Origin: Ginglymostoma cirratum
Lineage: Eukaryota
Reading direction: 5' to 3'
DNA: 64,000 nt
NCBI GenBank assembly: GCA_024137785.1
Contig: JAHRHZ010000222.1
Location: 39,180,817 to 39,244,816, forward strand
Shown here: piece after piece, positions 1 through 10,962 of the stretch
Layout of the letters: each line of letters opens with the position of its first letter
Position numbering within the stretch: position 1 is the first letter of the stretch
Program-made: the position numbers and the translations under genes
Notes under the pieces: model-generated
Database searches by the model: none
What the model was told of the DNA's origin: nothing
Seen by the model: only the letters and a program-made list of their open reading frames with translations

Positions 1-550
1 AATGTAACTGGTATTTTCTGAAGGGCCTCAGCTAGTTAATATATTCGGACCGTTGTTTCTCTTGGCATATACATTACCTTGACATGGCTGCAGGTGGAGC
101 AAATTTGAAGTTTTACAAAACTTGGCAGTATAGTAAATTATGAGCAGAGTTGTAACAGATTTCAGGAGGATACAGAATCTGTTGAAATGGATAGAAATAT
201 AGCAAACACAGTTTTAAGTATGAAAAGATTGACTTTCAGAGGAAAACATGGATTGAAGCACAATTTAAAATGGTCTATGCTTTGTGTAACATGTAAGAGC
301 ATGGAGACTCGGGTACATATTCACAAATACTAAAGATAGCGAGGTAAGATGATATGACTTTTAAATAGGGTCAATGAATGCAGATACAAAGACCTCATGT
401 TAAACATCTACTATTCATTGGTTAGAACTAATTTTCGGGGTTGTAGGTTAAAGAGTTGAGTGTAGAATTCTGTTGGATAACTCTTTCAAATAGCCAACAC
501 AGACATGACAGGTCAAATAGCTTAATTCTGTGCTATGTGATTCTATGACT
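1..550 (+). mobile_element. Highly decayed CR1-clade LINE 3' fragment
   Basis: Degenerate RT C-terminal region followed by a CR1-type tail 'ggtcaaatagcttaattctgtgctatgtgattctatgact' (511-550), similar to the tails of other CR1 copies in the window. Confidence 0.65.
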
Positions 551-3500
551 ATCTTCACAGATTAATATTAGATATATTTATAACGAATATGCTGGCTTAG
601 ATGTCATTGTACCTGCTAGGAACTAAGTTGAGAATGCAGAGCATGTGCAAGTAGGCGATGTGATGCTTTGAGACAGATTGCTGCTCTTTTGCTGTTTCAC
701 TTGTGTAGTAATGTAATTTTATTCATATGGTGGAAGAAAGTTTGTTCCCACAGATATGTTGGTCATCATTTCACCACTTAGTTTTCTACGTCTTTTCATC
801 TAGTTTTCTATCTTCTGTATCATCACACCCCTTAATTTTCTATCTCTGACAATTGGAAAACAAAAATCTCCCAAAAGTAAACCCAAAAATTTTGCGTGGG
901 TGGCTTTTGCATTGTTGCCAACTGTTACTGTGTCTAATATTGGTGTAAAAAGGTGTAAAAATGATAAAAAGGTGCAGCAAGAGGCTTATGTTTTTTTTTC
1001 TCAAAAACTTGTTCTGTTTATGTTTCAGCAGTATTTCAATATTAATGACCACAAAGTACCTGTCTGTTTTACAATTTCTTTTCTATTTATTAATTTTACT
1101 CCCTGCATTTTACCCTAATTTTGTTCTTATATTCTCTTGATCTTTTCATTGAGTCAACTCAACATAAATTTCATTCCACATTAATTTTCTCCAAGTGGAT
1201 TTGCACCTTCTGCAATGGTCTGTGACTTTTGACTGTTCTACTTCTGTATGGTTAACTGTCATTTACATGTCTGACTCTTTTTGACATTTCTGTCACTTTC
1301 GATCTACTTTCCCTTTGTTCTAACAACAGGTTACATAAGCTGTAATGCCAGTTTTCTTTCTGGGCCATGCAAGTGCATTCAGAATATTCAAGGCATTGTG
1401 TATGGGGTATGCGTCTGCATTATTACTCAAATCAGGATGTGCTCAATAGAATTCCAAACTTCAGCCTCACATAGGATGAGCACTGAAGCACTCAACTGAG
1501 CAATTCTAACCGTATATATTGGACAAATAACTGTACCAGTAACTGTACTTAGTGTAATCTTTGCATCTTTGAGACATAAAGAGATGGTGTAGCATTTAAT
1601 ATAGTCGAATTTCAGGATCAGTTATGGAAATTGATATGAAGAAGCCTGTTAATTTAACAAAACCTACTCACCATAAATAATATGTCCTTGAAAACTAATG
1701 AAATCTGGTTTAGGATCAACAAGGAAAACAACATAGCAAAGCACATGTTTACAGTCTGACAAATAGATTAACCCTTTGAGCTCTTTGACATCTTTGCAAA
1801 TCACAGTATAGAAAATTTCAACAGTGATATTAAACTAGGAAGTTTGAAAATAAATTGAGTAACATTGGGCAACATGTTAATTGTTTAATTTCCCATACGC
1901 TAGAAACATATTTTGGCTTTAAGCTTCTATAAAAATGCTGTTCGCAAAAGTAAGCCTTAAAATTACTACAGCAACATATCAGAATAAACAACACATGTCA
2001 AGCAACATATTATTAATGACTTCTGTTTCATTAACACAAAGGATAAATGCAAAGCGACTTATATGAAACACAGATTATCCTACAGATATAAAGCAAAAGC
2101 AACCTGCCTTTTCTTGTACTTCAGACCTATTAATACATCTTTATTTGTCAGTTTAATAAATGGAGCACTCTTATCCTTCCTTTAATCAGGCTTTGGAAAC
2201 ATCCTATCAATTACTGAATATCCTGGTAATTTCTTACCTGTGATTAGTCGCTGAGCCAGTGTCATGTCGTTCTGTGGTGTTATGCAGGTTAAGTTCTCTT
2301 TGGCTGTATACATTGAAATAAATCCAAGATCAGACAGATTTGAGAAATGGTTCAAATTATATCCTAATATCGAAGGACAAAACCGTTTTTAAAATGGTTT
2401 TGTACATGCCTTTGCTTACTTTTCGTTTTCATCAACCCAAGATGAATAAGTTGAAGTTATCTACATGTTTGACAAGCTGAATTGATTGCAATAGATACAG
2501 ATCTATTTGCCTGTCTGCACTTGCAGTCAGCCGATGTACATCAGTTTTACATAAACTGTCTTTCTGTGCCAAATCCTGCACCGTTTTGTGGTACTAAAAG
2601 ACAAGTTTTCATTAGTTTTATTAGTTTAATCTTATTCCTACCATTTCTGTTCTTTCTGTGCATGTTGGTACCAATGATAATTCTTTCATTTACATACCTT
2701 CACCTGAAGAAACAGGTTGGTTTGGGCAGCAGGCTTCATTCCAAGTATTTACAGTACTGTCATGTTGGCACAAAGAAGGTGCATATTTAGTGAAAGAAAT
2801 GCTCATACCTGGTGTTTCATCAGGCAGTCATCACGTTCTATGAAGAATTAAGAAATTAAGATCAACTAGAAAAAAAGACACAGTGGCAAGAATAATCTAA
2901 TATTCCCTTTCTCCTTCATGTGAGACTGATGTCCATGCTCTTTGCTCTATCACCATTTTTTCACTTTATAATATAGAGTTTCAGGTTGAATTTGCTATAG
3001 GGAGCATACGAAGTGGTAGTGTCAACAACACCCATTGTTTCTGGTGCATTTCGATCAATTGTTTATTTGTGTGATTTCTGTCAGATGTTCCAGTGGAGGG
3101 TGAAGTACCAGAAACATGAAATGTATTTGATCATTGAAACTAAGCTGAAAGATGCTTGGTAGGAGAAGAAATTGTCCAAAGTGAATAAAGATGAAAATGA
3201 TCAGACACCTTTCAGCTCTCCTGTTCTAATGGCTTATACTCCACACCTTTAAATGAAAGAAAGACAAGCTTGTATTTCACTCCAACTTAAATGCTTCCCA
3301 AAGATTTGCATCTATATTATAATCCAAACAGCTACACATGAGGCTTCTCATTAGTTCTTATCCAAATATCACCACACTTTATATCAGTGCTTGGCTGTGC
3401 TGTTTGGTGGGGGATTAGAATTCTACTTAAGAGATACCCAATGCTTTTTAACTGCTTTGAAGCATATTTCCACCCAATTGTTGATGTAAAAATGACAGCC

Positions 3501-3790
3501 TAATGGGGACTGTAACAATAGTCAAAGTGTGTACATGCGCGCTCAATATTAAGCTAGATAGATATTGAACCATTTCAGGTACACAACAGAAATTTTTCTG
3601 ATCCATTACTCTGTAATTCACTCAGGATTCCACGTTTTGTTGCAGATTAGTGTATTTAACTTCTTAAGGGGACAAATATGGACAGCAATTGCTAGTCTCA
3701 GCTCCAGGATTCGACTTTCACAGTCCACACAAGCTTAGACTCCCTTTACTAAGCTGTTATTTATAGCATGAAAATTTATCTAGAGCATAT

Positions 3791-4443
3791 TGTTATGGAC
3801 CAGACCAAATCCCCTCAAAGTATATTAAGAAAATAGCCTAAACCCTAACTTTTTCTTATTTTAAAGGCAATTGCCAGGCATTGTGTTCCAGTTGCAGTTC
3901 TATTGGTCAAACTACTAATCTTGAAGCAAAACACACTTTATTCATCCACCATAGTTAAAACAAAATAAAAGAAAGAAGAACTGGAATAACCTAACTCTAT
4001 TGGAAACCTTAACAGAACAACAGATTATTTAACTACTAAACAGTAACTGTTCCAATATTGTAACAACCCATAAACACATCCTTGGCAAAGGCAAATTCAG
4101 TAAAATAGATTATCTCACAGGCAGTTCTCCAGTCCAGGAGGAGAAATGTCAAGGGAAAACTCAGAGAGAGTAGCAGAGAGAGAAGTACTGCAGATGCCAA
4201 ACCCAGCTTCAAGACCCCAGCAACAGCTACTGAAAAACTAAAATTAAAAATCCAGGCCCAGGGGGAGCTTGACGCCACCTTTTCAGGCTGTTTCTATTGG
4301 TCCTACTTTAAGCAAAATACACCAAGGCCTCACAAGGAGTTTACTTTATTGGATCCAAATAGATAGTCCTTCACCTCTGTCTTAAAACCCCTCTTTGAAA
4401 AAATAGGGATAAAATACATTCCCAAAGCTACAGTATTATCACA
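3791..4443. mobile_element. Solo LTR-like element (~650 bp)
   Basis: Bounded by TGTTA...ATCACA (TG..CA termini), non-coding, with internal CCAAT-like and purine-repeat segments typical of shark LTRs. No clear target-site duplication. Confidence 0.55.
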
Positions 4444-4689
4444 GTTTCTAATTCAGAGGTACATTGGGACAGGGTTTAGGCTCCAGTATTATGTGGGAAA
4501 CCCAGAAATATATTCAGCCTGTTTTGTCAATAGCATTTAACCAAGCAAGCTCTTTATCGTTTTACTTCTGGTTTGTGTTGATTGTGTGACAGTAGTATAG
4601 TGTGAACCTCAACTCCGATCTTTAAAAAATAAATCTGAAGGTTGGTGGAGTTTAGAATTAGAGGTGTGGAAATGGGTTTCATGCTCAGC

Positions 4690-5783
4690 CTGAATCCTGT
4701 TTCAATGACGAAGTCCTTGATGTGCTGCTAGAGCTGTGAGGAACTGGAAAGAGATATTTATTCTATAAAGACTACTTTTATTTATTTTTTGGATTGTTGA
4801 ATAAAAATGAGAAAAAGATATTTCTTTAAACCAAGGAGACTATTTATGAAGATGTTTGTAGTTTTAAAAACAAATAGCTGATACGCATTCAGAGTTGTAT
4901 CTATTGTAATGTCTTATTCAATAAGTAAGGGAGCTTTCCAGAAAGTATGGCACGGCCTGTGTGTGTTCAGGGCAGTTTTGCCCAGAGACCTGCCTTTGAA
5001 TAGCTTTTCCATTGGGACCAGTTGCTGTGGGCTCAGCATAGCAACAACCACTTGATTTGTTCCTGTACAAATACAGTCTTGGGGATGGACGATAAAGCGG
5101 AAACATATAGTCTGCAAAGAGAAAGCATTCAATTTTTTCTCTCTCTGTCAACTGTATGGAGAAGTAACAGAAAATCCCTCATAGCTAGCTGCTCTCCATC
5201 ACCTTTCTCTGTAAATTGTTCTCTCTGGAAATCCCCTGTTGAAAGGAAAGAGGAATAACTTCATTCACAGGAACACAAGGGTGAATCTTCAACAGTGAAT
5301 GAAGAGATGAAGAATAGATGTATCCACAAGCTCACATCATTTGCAAAGAATTGAAAAGCATCAGAAGAAATTTGAAAGAAAGCAACTCATTGACATCTGT
5401 GATCTGAATTGGTGCCAGAACTCTGTTCTATTGACTTTTTATTCCTTCCCCACCCATAATATTTGTGTCTTGTCTGTTTGTATGTGTATGGGAGTTTTAA
5501 AAATGGGTAGAATTTACTTTATAGACGTATAAAATTTAGCAATTGTTGTTTCTTTGCCTTGCTTTTAGTTAAAAACAATTTGATTGCAATACATTACTAT
5601 TTTCTTGTTAATGAAAAAAACTGGTGTGTATATTTTTTTAACCTGAATCAGACAGTTAGGTAAATTGAGTTATGCCTATTCCCAAATGGGAGGAAAAGGC
5701 CAAATCCTTCAACAACCTGAGGCCAAGGACGTCAACAGCAGGAGCATTTTGAAGCATCCAGCATTCAATGCAAATCAGGAAAG
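4690..5783 (+). mobile_element. Harbinger Myb/SANT-like partner gene exon 1 remnant, split by an LTR-like insertion
   Basis: 4696-4756 reads SCFNDEVLDVLLE.VRNWKEI, like the 'PRFSD..LE.LL..V..R.E.LF' Myb/SANT start. It resumes at ~5675 as LFPNGRKRP...AKDVNSRSI and ends at the donor AAG|GTGAGC (5783). Confidence 0.5.
4760..5670 (+). mobile_element. LTR-like insertion (degraded)
   Basis: ~900 bp non-coding block interrupting the Myb/SANT reading frame, with an LTR-like 3' U-rich segment. Termini are eroded. Confidence 0.4.
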
Positions 5784-6259
5784 GTGAGCACAATCACATA
5801 TTTAGCTATGTACTGCTGTGAAAAGCTCTCTGCTTCTCACCTGTTGTCTGCTCCTCCTCCTAGCGAGCACCTGTACTGTTTCACATTCTGACGCCACTTA
5901 TGTAGGCAGAGCGGTGGTTGGTGAAGTCCTCAAGTGGTCCAAAACTCAGAGCTCTTCAGCCAAGAACTCCTCAGCACTCAGAGCAGGGATCGGAGCACAA
6001 GCGTGTCATCTTGTAAGATAGATAGGAAAAAATAAAATTTTGGAGCTTCATAAGAAAATGCACATGGGTTTTTGAAAGAAATCTTTATTTCTGTTCTTTA
6101 ATAGAATACAAATGTAATTAGTTTGTACTATTGCCCATCTTTCCTGTTCTTGATCGCTAGGCCCTTGAAATGCATTAGTATCTGAGGACTTGTTTGGACA
6201 CACATCGATAGCCAAATGAAACTTTATTGTCATTTGTTTCAGATAAATGTCATCTGCAA

Positions 6260-6620
6260 CTGTTAAATTGCAGTATCCCTTCTCCTCCAGCAGCCTCCTC
6301 CTATTCTGCTTCCAGGTTCAACTTGATTATGGAACTTGGGTAACTGCAAGATGAAATCATCATGGCAGCTCCTCATAATTGTGTGTACATCTGCAGAAAT
6401 ATGTTTTGGTGGTTGCACAGATTGCCACATGTGTGCAGTCAATGACATTTTGGATCTACGAGAAGCCAGCTAGAGATGTACACCCGAGTTCTCACTGATT
6501 CTGACTGCCATTATCACTCACAAAATTTGCATAATTGCCAATTGTGAAAAAAAACACCAATGAGATGTGCTACAAATTTCTTGCCCATTGACTGGGAAAT
6601 CCCTGGACCAATTTCCATCT
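6260..6620 (-). mobile_element. PIF/Harbinger transposase remnant (internally deleted)
   Basis: Minus strand gives IQNVIDCTHVAI, SCHDDFIL and LLEEKGY, matching the HARBI1/DDE_Tnp_4 motifs GxIDCTHV, GSxHDxxIL and LLGDxGY. Frameshifted. Confidence 0.75.
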
Positions 6621-6744
6621 TTAGTGTTTCTGTCACTGATGTAGCACTGTGATTGCTGGGCAGAGCAATTGTGCCTGATGTCCGTACACTGCTTTAGAAA
6701 TGTCTAAATTAATTTCCACAGTAATTTCATTAAGCAATTGTTTA

Positions 6745-7300
6745 TATTAAAACATAAAAGCATAAGAACTAGAAGCAGGAGTAGACGATTCAGTCCCTGG
6801 AGCCTTTCAATAAGATCATGGCTGGTCTCATCTCAGCCTCAAGTCCAATTTCCTATGCACTCTCTAAAACCCTTCGATCCATTACTAATTAAAAAATCAG
6901 TCTACCACCTCCTAATATTTATTCAGTGTCCCAGCATCCACTACACTGTGGGGTGGTGAATTCCATAGCTTCACAATTCTTTAAGAGAACTAATTCTTCC
7001 CCATCTCTGTTTTAAATCTGTTACCCCTTATCCTAAAACTATGACCTCTCATTCTTGACTGCCCCACGAGGGGAAACATCTGCTCTGTGTTTACTTTGTC
7101 AATACCTTTAATAACCTGAATTAGATCTTCTCTCAATCTTCTAAACTCTAGAATGGTCTTCATAACACAAACCCCTCATCTCTGGAATCAATCTAGTGAA
7201 CCTCCTCTGAACTGCCTCTAGTGTAACTACATCCTTCCTCAAGTAAGGGGACCAGAACTTTTTGAAATACTCAGGGGTGGTCTTGCTAATGCCCTGTATT
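6745..7300 (-). mobile_element. CR1-clade LINE 3' fragment
   Basis: Begins with the reverse-complement tail 'cataagaactagaagcaggagtag'. Reverse strand encodes LEAVQRRFTRLIPEMRG-type RT C-terminus. Confidence 0.85.
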
Positions 7301-8519
7301 AACAGCTAGAAAAGAGCACTCACTGGTTTGCAAAGTTTTATTTCTTTGTCCAGTTTAAATCCTTTTTACATAACGTTCTCTTTTTGCACAAAGCTTTTTT
7401 GGAAAGAGAAAAGCATCGCTGCAATGGTAGCCCTGCCAGTTGGATGGTGGTGGTAAAATTTATTAAATGCGTGATTTACACTTCAGCACCGTTCCCATAA
7501 AATGTTGGAAGCCGCAATTTGTAAGCATCTACTATATGTGAATTTTTTCTTAATATAGGATTTCAGTGATATTCGAAAACCAAGTACCAACTGAAATGAA
7601 TGACTAGTTAGCAGTTTTACAATTCTGAACACATCTTGCAGCTTTATGAGCACTCAAAATCCTCTTAAACCATGTCCAGCTTATGGAGCTATTGCTTGGC
7701 TGAGCTTGCAGTAAAGGAACAAAATCAACCCTTTGCGGCTCTGTTTATTACTTGACCCCAAAGTCCAATCCAAGGCTGCCTGAAATAAACTTGCTTTATC
7801 AGCCAAAGACTCCACCTTACATCTTCTATACTTAGGGAAGACATTTGTGTTGTGTGTCAGGGTTGAGAAAGTGAAGTGAGTTGTCAGGTCGAATATTCAG
7901 ATATTATCAACAGATATGACAGGTAATTTGTTCTGATGACAAGCTATAGTGCCATTGTAAAACATAGCACCTGAGAAGTATGCAGGTATGTGGAAATCAG
8001 AGGCTACTGCTGCCCTTTGTTTACATCGTTTTTTTGAAATGTGGCTTTCAGGTGTGTTTGTGTCTGTGAAAATGTGTTCTGGTAGCTTTCAATTTAGAGT
8101 TCGGGAAACACTGCACCCTCAGGGCATCTTGCTTTGACATCGTAAGCTTTCTGCCCAGTAGCAGACTTGATTGGAAAAAGCCTGCTATTTGCAGGCCAGA
8201 TAAAATCAAAGTTGGCTATTACAGCAACTGTTCAACTGCATCACTTAGCAAACACACAGGTAAAGTTACATTCTGCTCAGTATAAACCATTGTAATTTTG
8301 CATTTTTAAAATAAATTGCATTCAACAGAGATGCTGTGTTACAGCATTAATGATTTTCTAGAATATGTGATTACTATTGGACAGGTTTGCTGTGGAGTCA
8401 GTAAAGGAGCCAGCTGTGAAAGAGGTCTGACTGGGAAAAGAGGCCAAAGACTAAGAATGAGTAATTACAGGGCTGGTTACAGCAAAGGAAGCCAAAGGTG
8501 CCTTGGGAATAGTCCAGCC

Positions 8520-9640
8520 TAGTGGAGACTTCTCCAAGTGAGGAAGAAAAAAGAAGGCCAGAGGCAGCAATCACTAAAGAGCCAGCAACAAGAGTATTGT
8601 TGTGATGTTCAAGGGACAGAAGGTCAGTGAGGGGAACATAGCAAGGAGAATACAGGGTGAACAGGCACTGCTCCATTTATCTCCGATTGATCAAACTCCA
8701 GTAGTGCAGGATCTCTCCTGGGACATGCTAACACCGTCTGCAACATGATTGCTGGGAAGATATGTTCCACTGCTGGATGGCCATCCAATACCTATGGCAC
8801 TGAAGGTAAGAGTGGTCCTAAACTACTATGCCTCAGGATCATTTCAGGGATCAGCAGCACCTTTGCAGCATTTTACAATCTTCAACTCACTACTGTATCA
8901 AACTGGCGATGAACAAATGGTTCAGGAGAGTGGACATCTTCATAAAATGCACCATTGACAATGGGAGTCAAGCTGAACGAGAGGCTTTGGGACTATTTCA
9001 GGCTTTCATACAATATAAGGGGATATTGATTGTACACTGCCCATTAAAACAGCGAGAGAGACAGCCCAGAATTTTTGTTAACCAGAAAGTTTTCATGACT
9101 TGAAATGCCAGATTTTGTGATCACCATTAGTGTTTGCTGCAGCTATGTGTGTGGTACCCTATGAGTATTCTCAGGCACTCCCAGGTGCAATATCTGTTCT
9201 AGCCCCATCCCATCTGGATTACTGATTCATAGAAAACAAGGTTTATCCATTAAAGGAAATAATTTATGTCAAGTGGAAAACATGTATGGTGCCTGACATA
9301 ATTCCACTAGGGAAACCATAGTGAGAACCATAGGTCTGCTCAAGATTTAGTGGCCTTGACAGATCTCCTGGTTCTTTTCAGTATGCACAAGGTCCTGCAT
9401 CTTTGATCGTCATCATATGCTTTGCACTGTACCACATTAGCAGGAGGGAGGAGAAAAGAACTTATGGATGAGGACATGAAGGAGCCCGTACATCTCAAAT
9501 GATGGGTCGAGCAGTGACCCAGAGCAGGAACATGAGGTTGCACATGACCATGATGGCCAGCAGAGACAGGGTACTACAGAGATGAGGTAGCCCAGATTAT
9601 GAGACATTGCAACTATGGCTTTGCAAACTTCTACCAAACA
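8520..9640 (+). mobile_element. PIF/Harbinger transposase pseudogene
   Basis: ORF pieces ALKVRVVLNYYASGSFQG, SILQSSTHYCIK, DIDCT, FVNQKVF, TRETIVRTIGLLK, LDRSPGSFQY and LIVIICFALYH follow the HARBI1-type motif order, with several frameshifts and stops. Confidence 0.85.
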
Positions 9641-10151
9641 TTATTATTATGCAGGTGCCATCTGACTTCTGCCAGCTGAATGAAGCACACACTTAAAACA
9701 TCTATAAGGCTCAATACCTTGCATGGATCTTGGCAGGCCTTTGATTTTCATTTGCAAGTGGCATGGCATTGCAGTTTCTATTGATGTAAGATAGTCTGCA
9801 GTTCGGGCATAAACATTTAAAAATTATAGAATACTTTAAATGTTTAATAAATAGAAGGTGAACAAGATAACATTTTGCTTTTCATTCATTCATGATGGCC
9901 TGACGAGGAACTTTTTTTTACAGGTACTGCTCTGTAGTGTTCCTTCTTGCTGCCAGCAGGAGGCACACTGTTAACCCTGGTATCCCATTGGCCTAGGTGA
10001 TCTAGGTGGGTATCCTCATTTGCCAGAAGACATACAAGTCCAGGCACTGAGAGATTCTCCAGCCCTATGGCAGGACCTTTTCTGTTGTCACAGCTTCCCG
10101 AAGCACTGGCATCACTGGGAGGAGGGCGTTGGAGACACTGTCACCATCAGA

Positions 10152-10962
10152 GGTTAGAAACTTAGAAACTAGGAGCAGGAGGAGGATGTTCAGTCCTTCA
10201 AGCATACTCCCTCATACAGTAGGATCATGGCTCCCACTTTCTGTATATACCCCTTGATTTCTTTAAAATCTAAAAATGTATCAATCTCTTTCTTGAATAT
10301 ACTCAGTGATCTAACCTCTGCATTCTCTTGTAGTAAGTTTCACAGGTTAACCATCCTGTGAGTCAAGAAATGTTGCCTCATCTAAATCTTAAATATCAAT
10401 TCCATATCCTGAAACTGTGACTGTGGTTCTAGACCATCCAACTAGGGAAAACATCCTGCCTGCATCTAGTCTGTCTTACCTTCTTGGTATTTTAGATGTT
10501 TCAATTAGATCCCTTTTCATCCTTCTCAACTCTCATGAATAGAAGCCCAATCAAACCAATCTCTCCTCATACAATAGTTCTGTAATCCTCAGTGTCAGCC
10601 TGGTGAACCTTTGCTGCAGTCCTGCTATGGCAGCTGTATCTTTTCATAGTTAGGGAGACCAAAACCGTACATAATACCCCAGGTGTGGTCTTACCAAGGC
10701 CCTGTATAACTGCAGTAAGACATCCCTAGTTCTATACTGAAATCCTCTGCAATTAAAGCCAACATAAAATTTGCCTTTTCAGTTACTTGCTGCACCTGCC
10801 TGTTTATTGTCATTGACTAGTGTACAAGGACACCTTTGTATGTCCACATTTCCCCAATATATCACAATTTAAATAATGTTTTTCTGTTTTTCACACTGAA
10901 GTACATAACTGCACATTTATCCGCTGTATCTGCCGTGTGTTTTCCCACACACTCAACTTGTT
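10152..10962 (-). mobile_element. CR1-clade LINE 3' fragment
   Basis: Tail 'ttagaaacttagaaactaggagcagg' followed by antisense RT C-terminus (YRALVRPHLGY.VRFWSP). Confidence 0.85.

Noticed and set aside
5818-6021. ORF with a signal-peptide-like N-terminus (MKSSLLLTCCLLLLLAST)
   Set aside because: It starts at GTG rather than ATG, lies inside a Harbinger remnant, and the Leu run comes from CT-rich sequence.
8749-9103. Host HARBI1 gene
   Set aside because: Multiple frameshifts and stops, and several divergent copies in the window, indicate transposon fossils rather than the domesticated gene.
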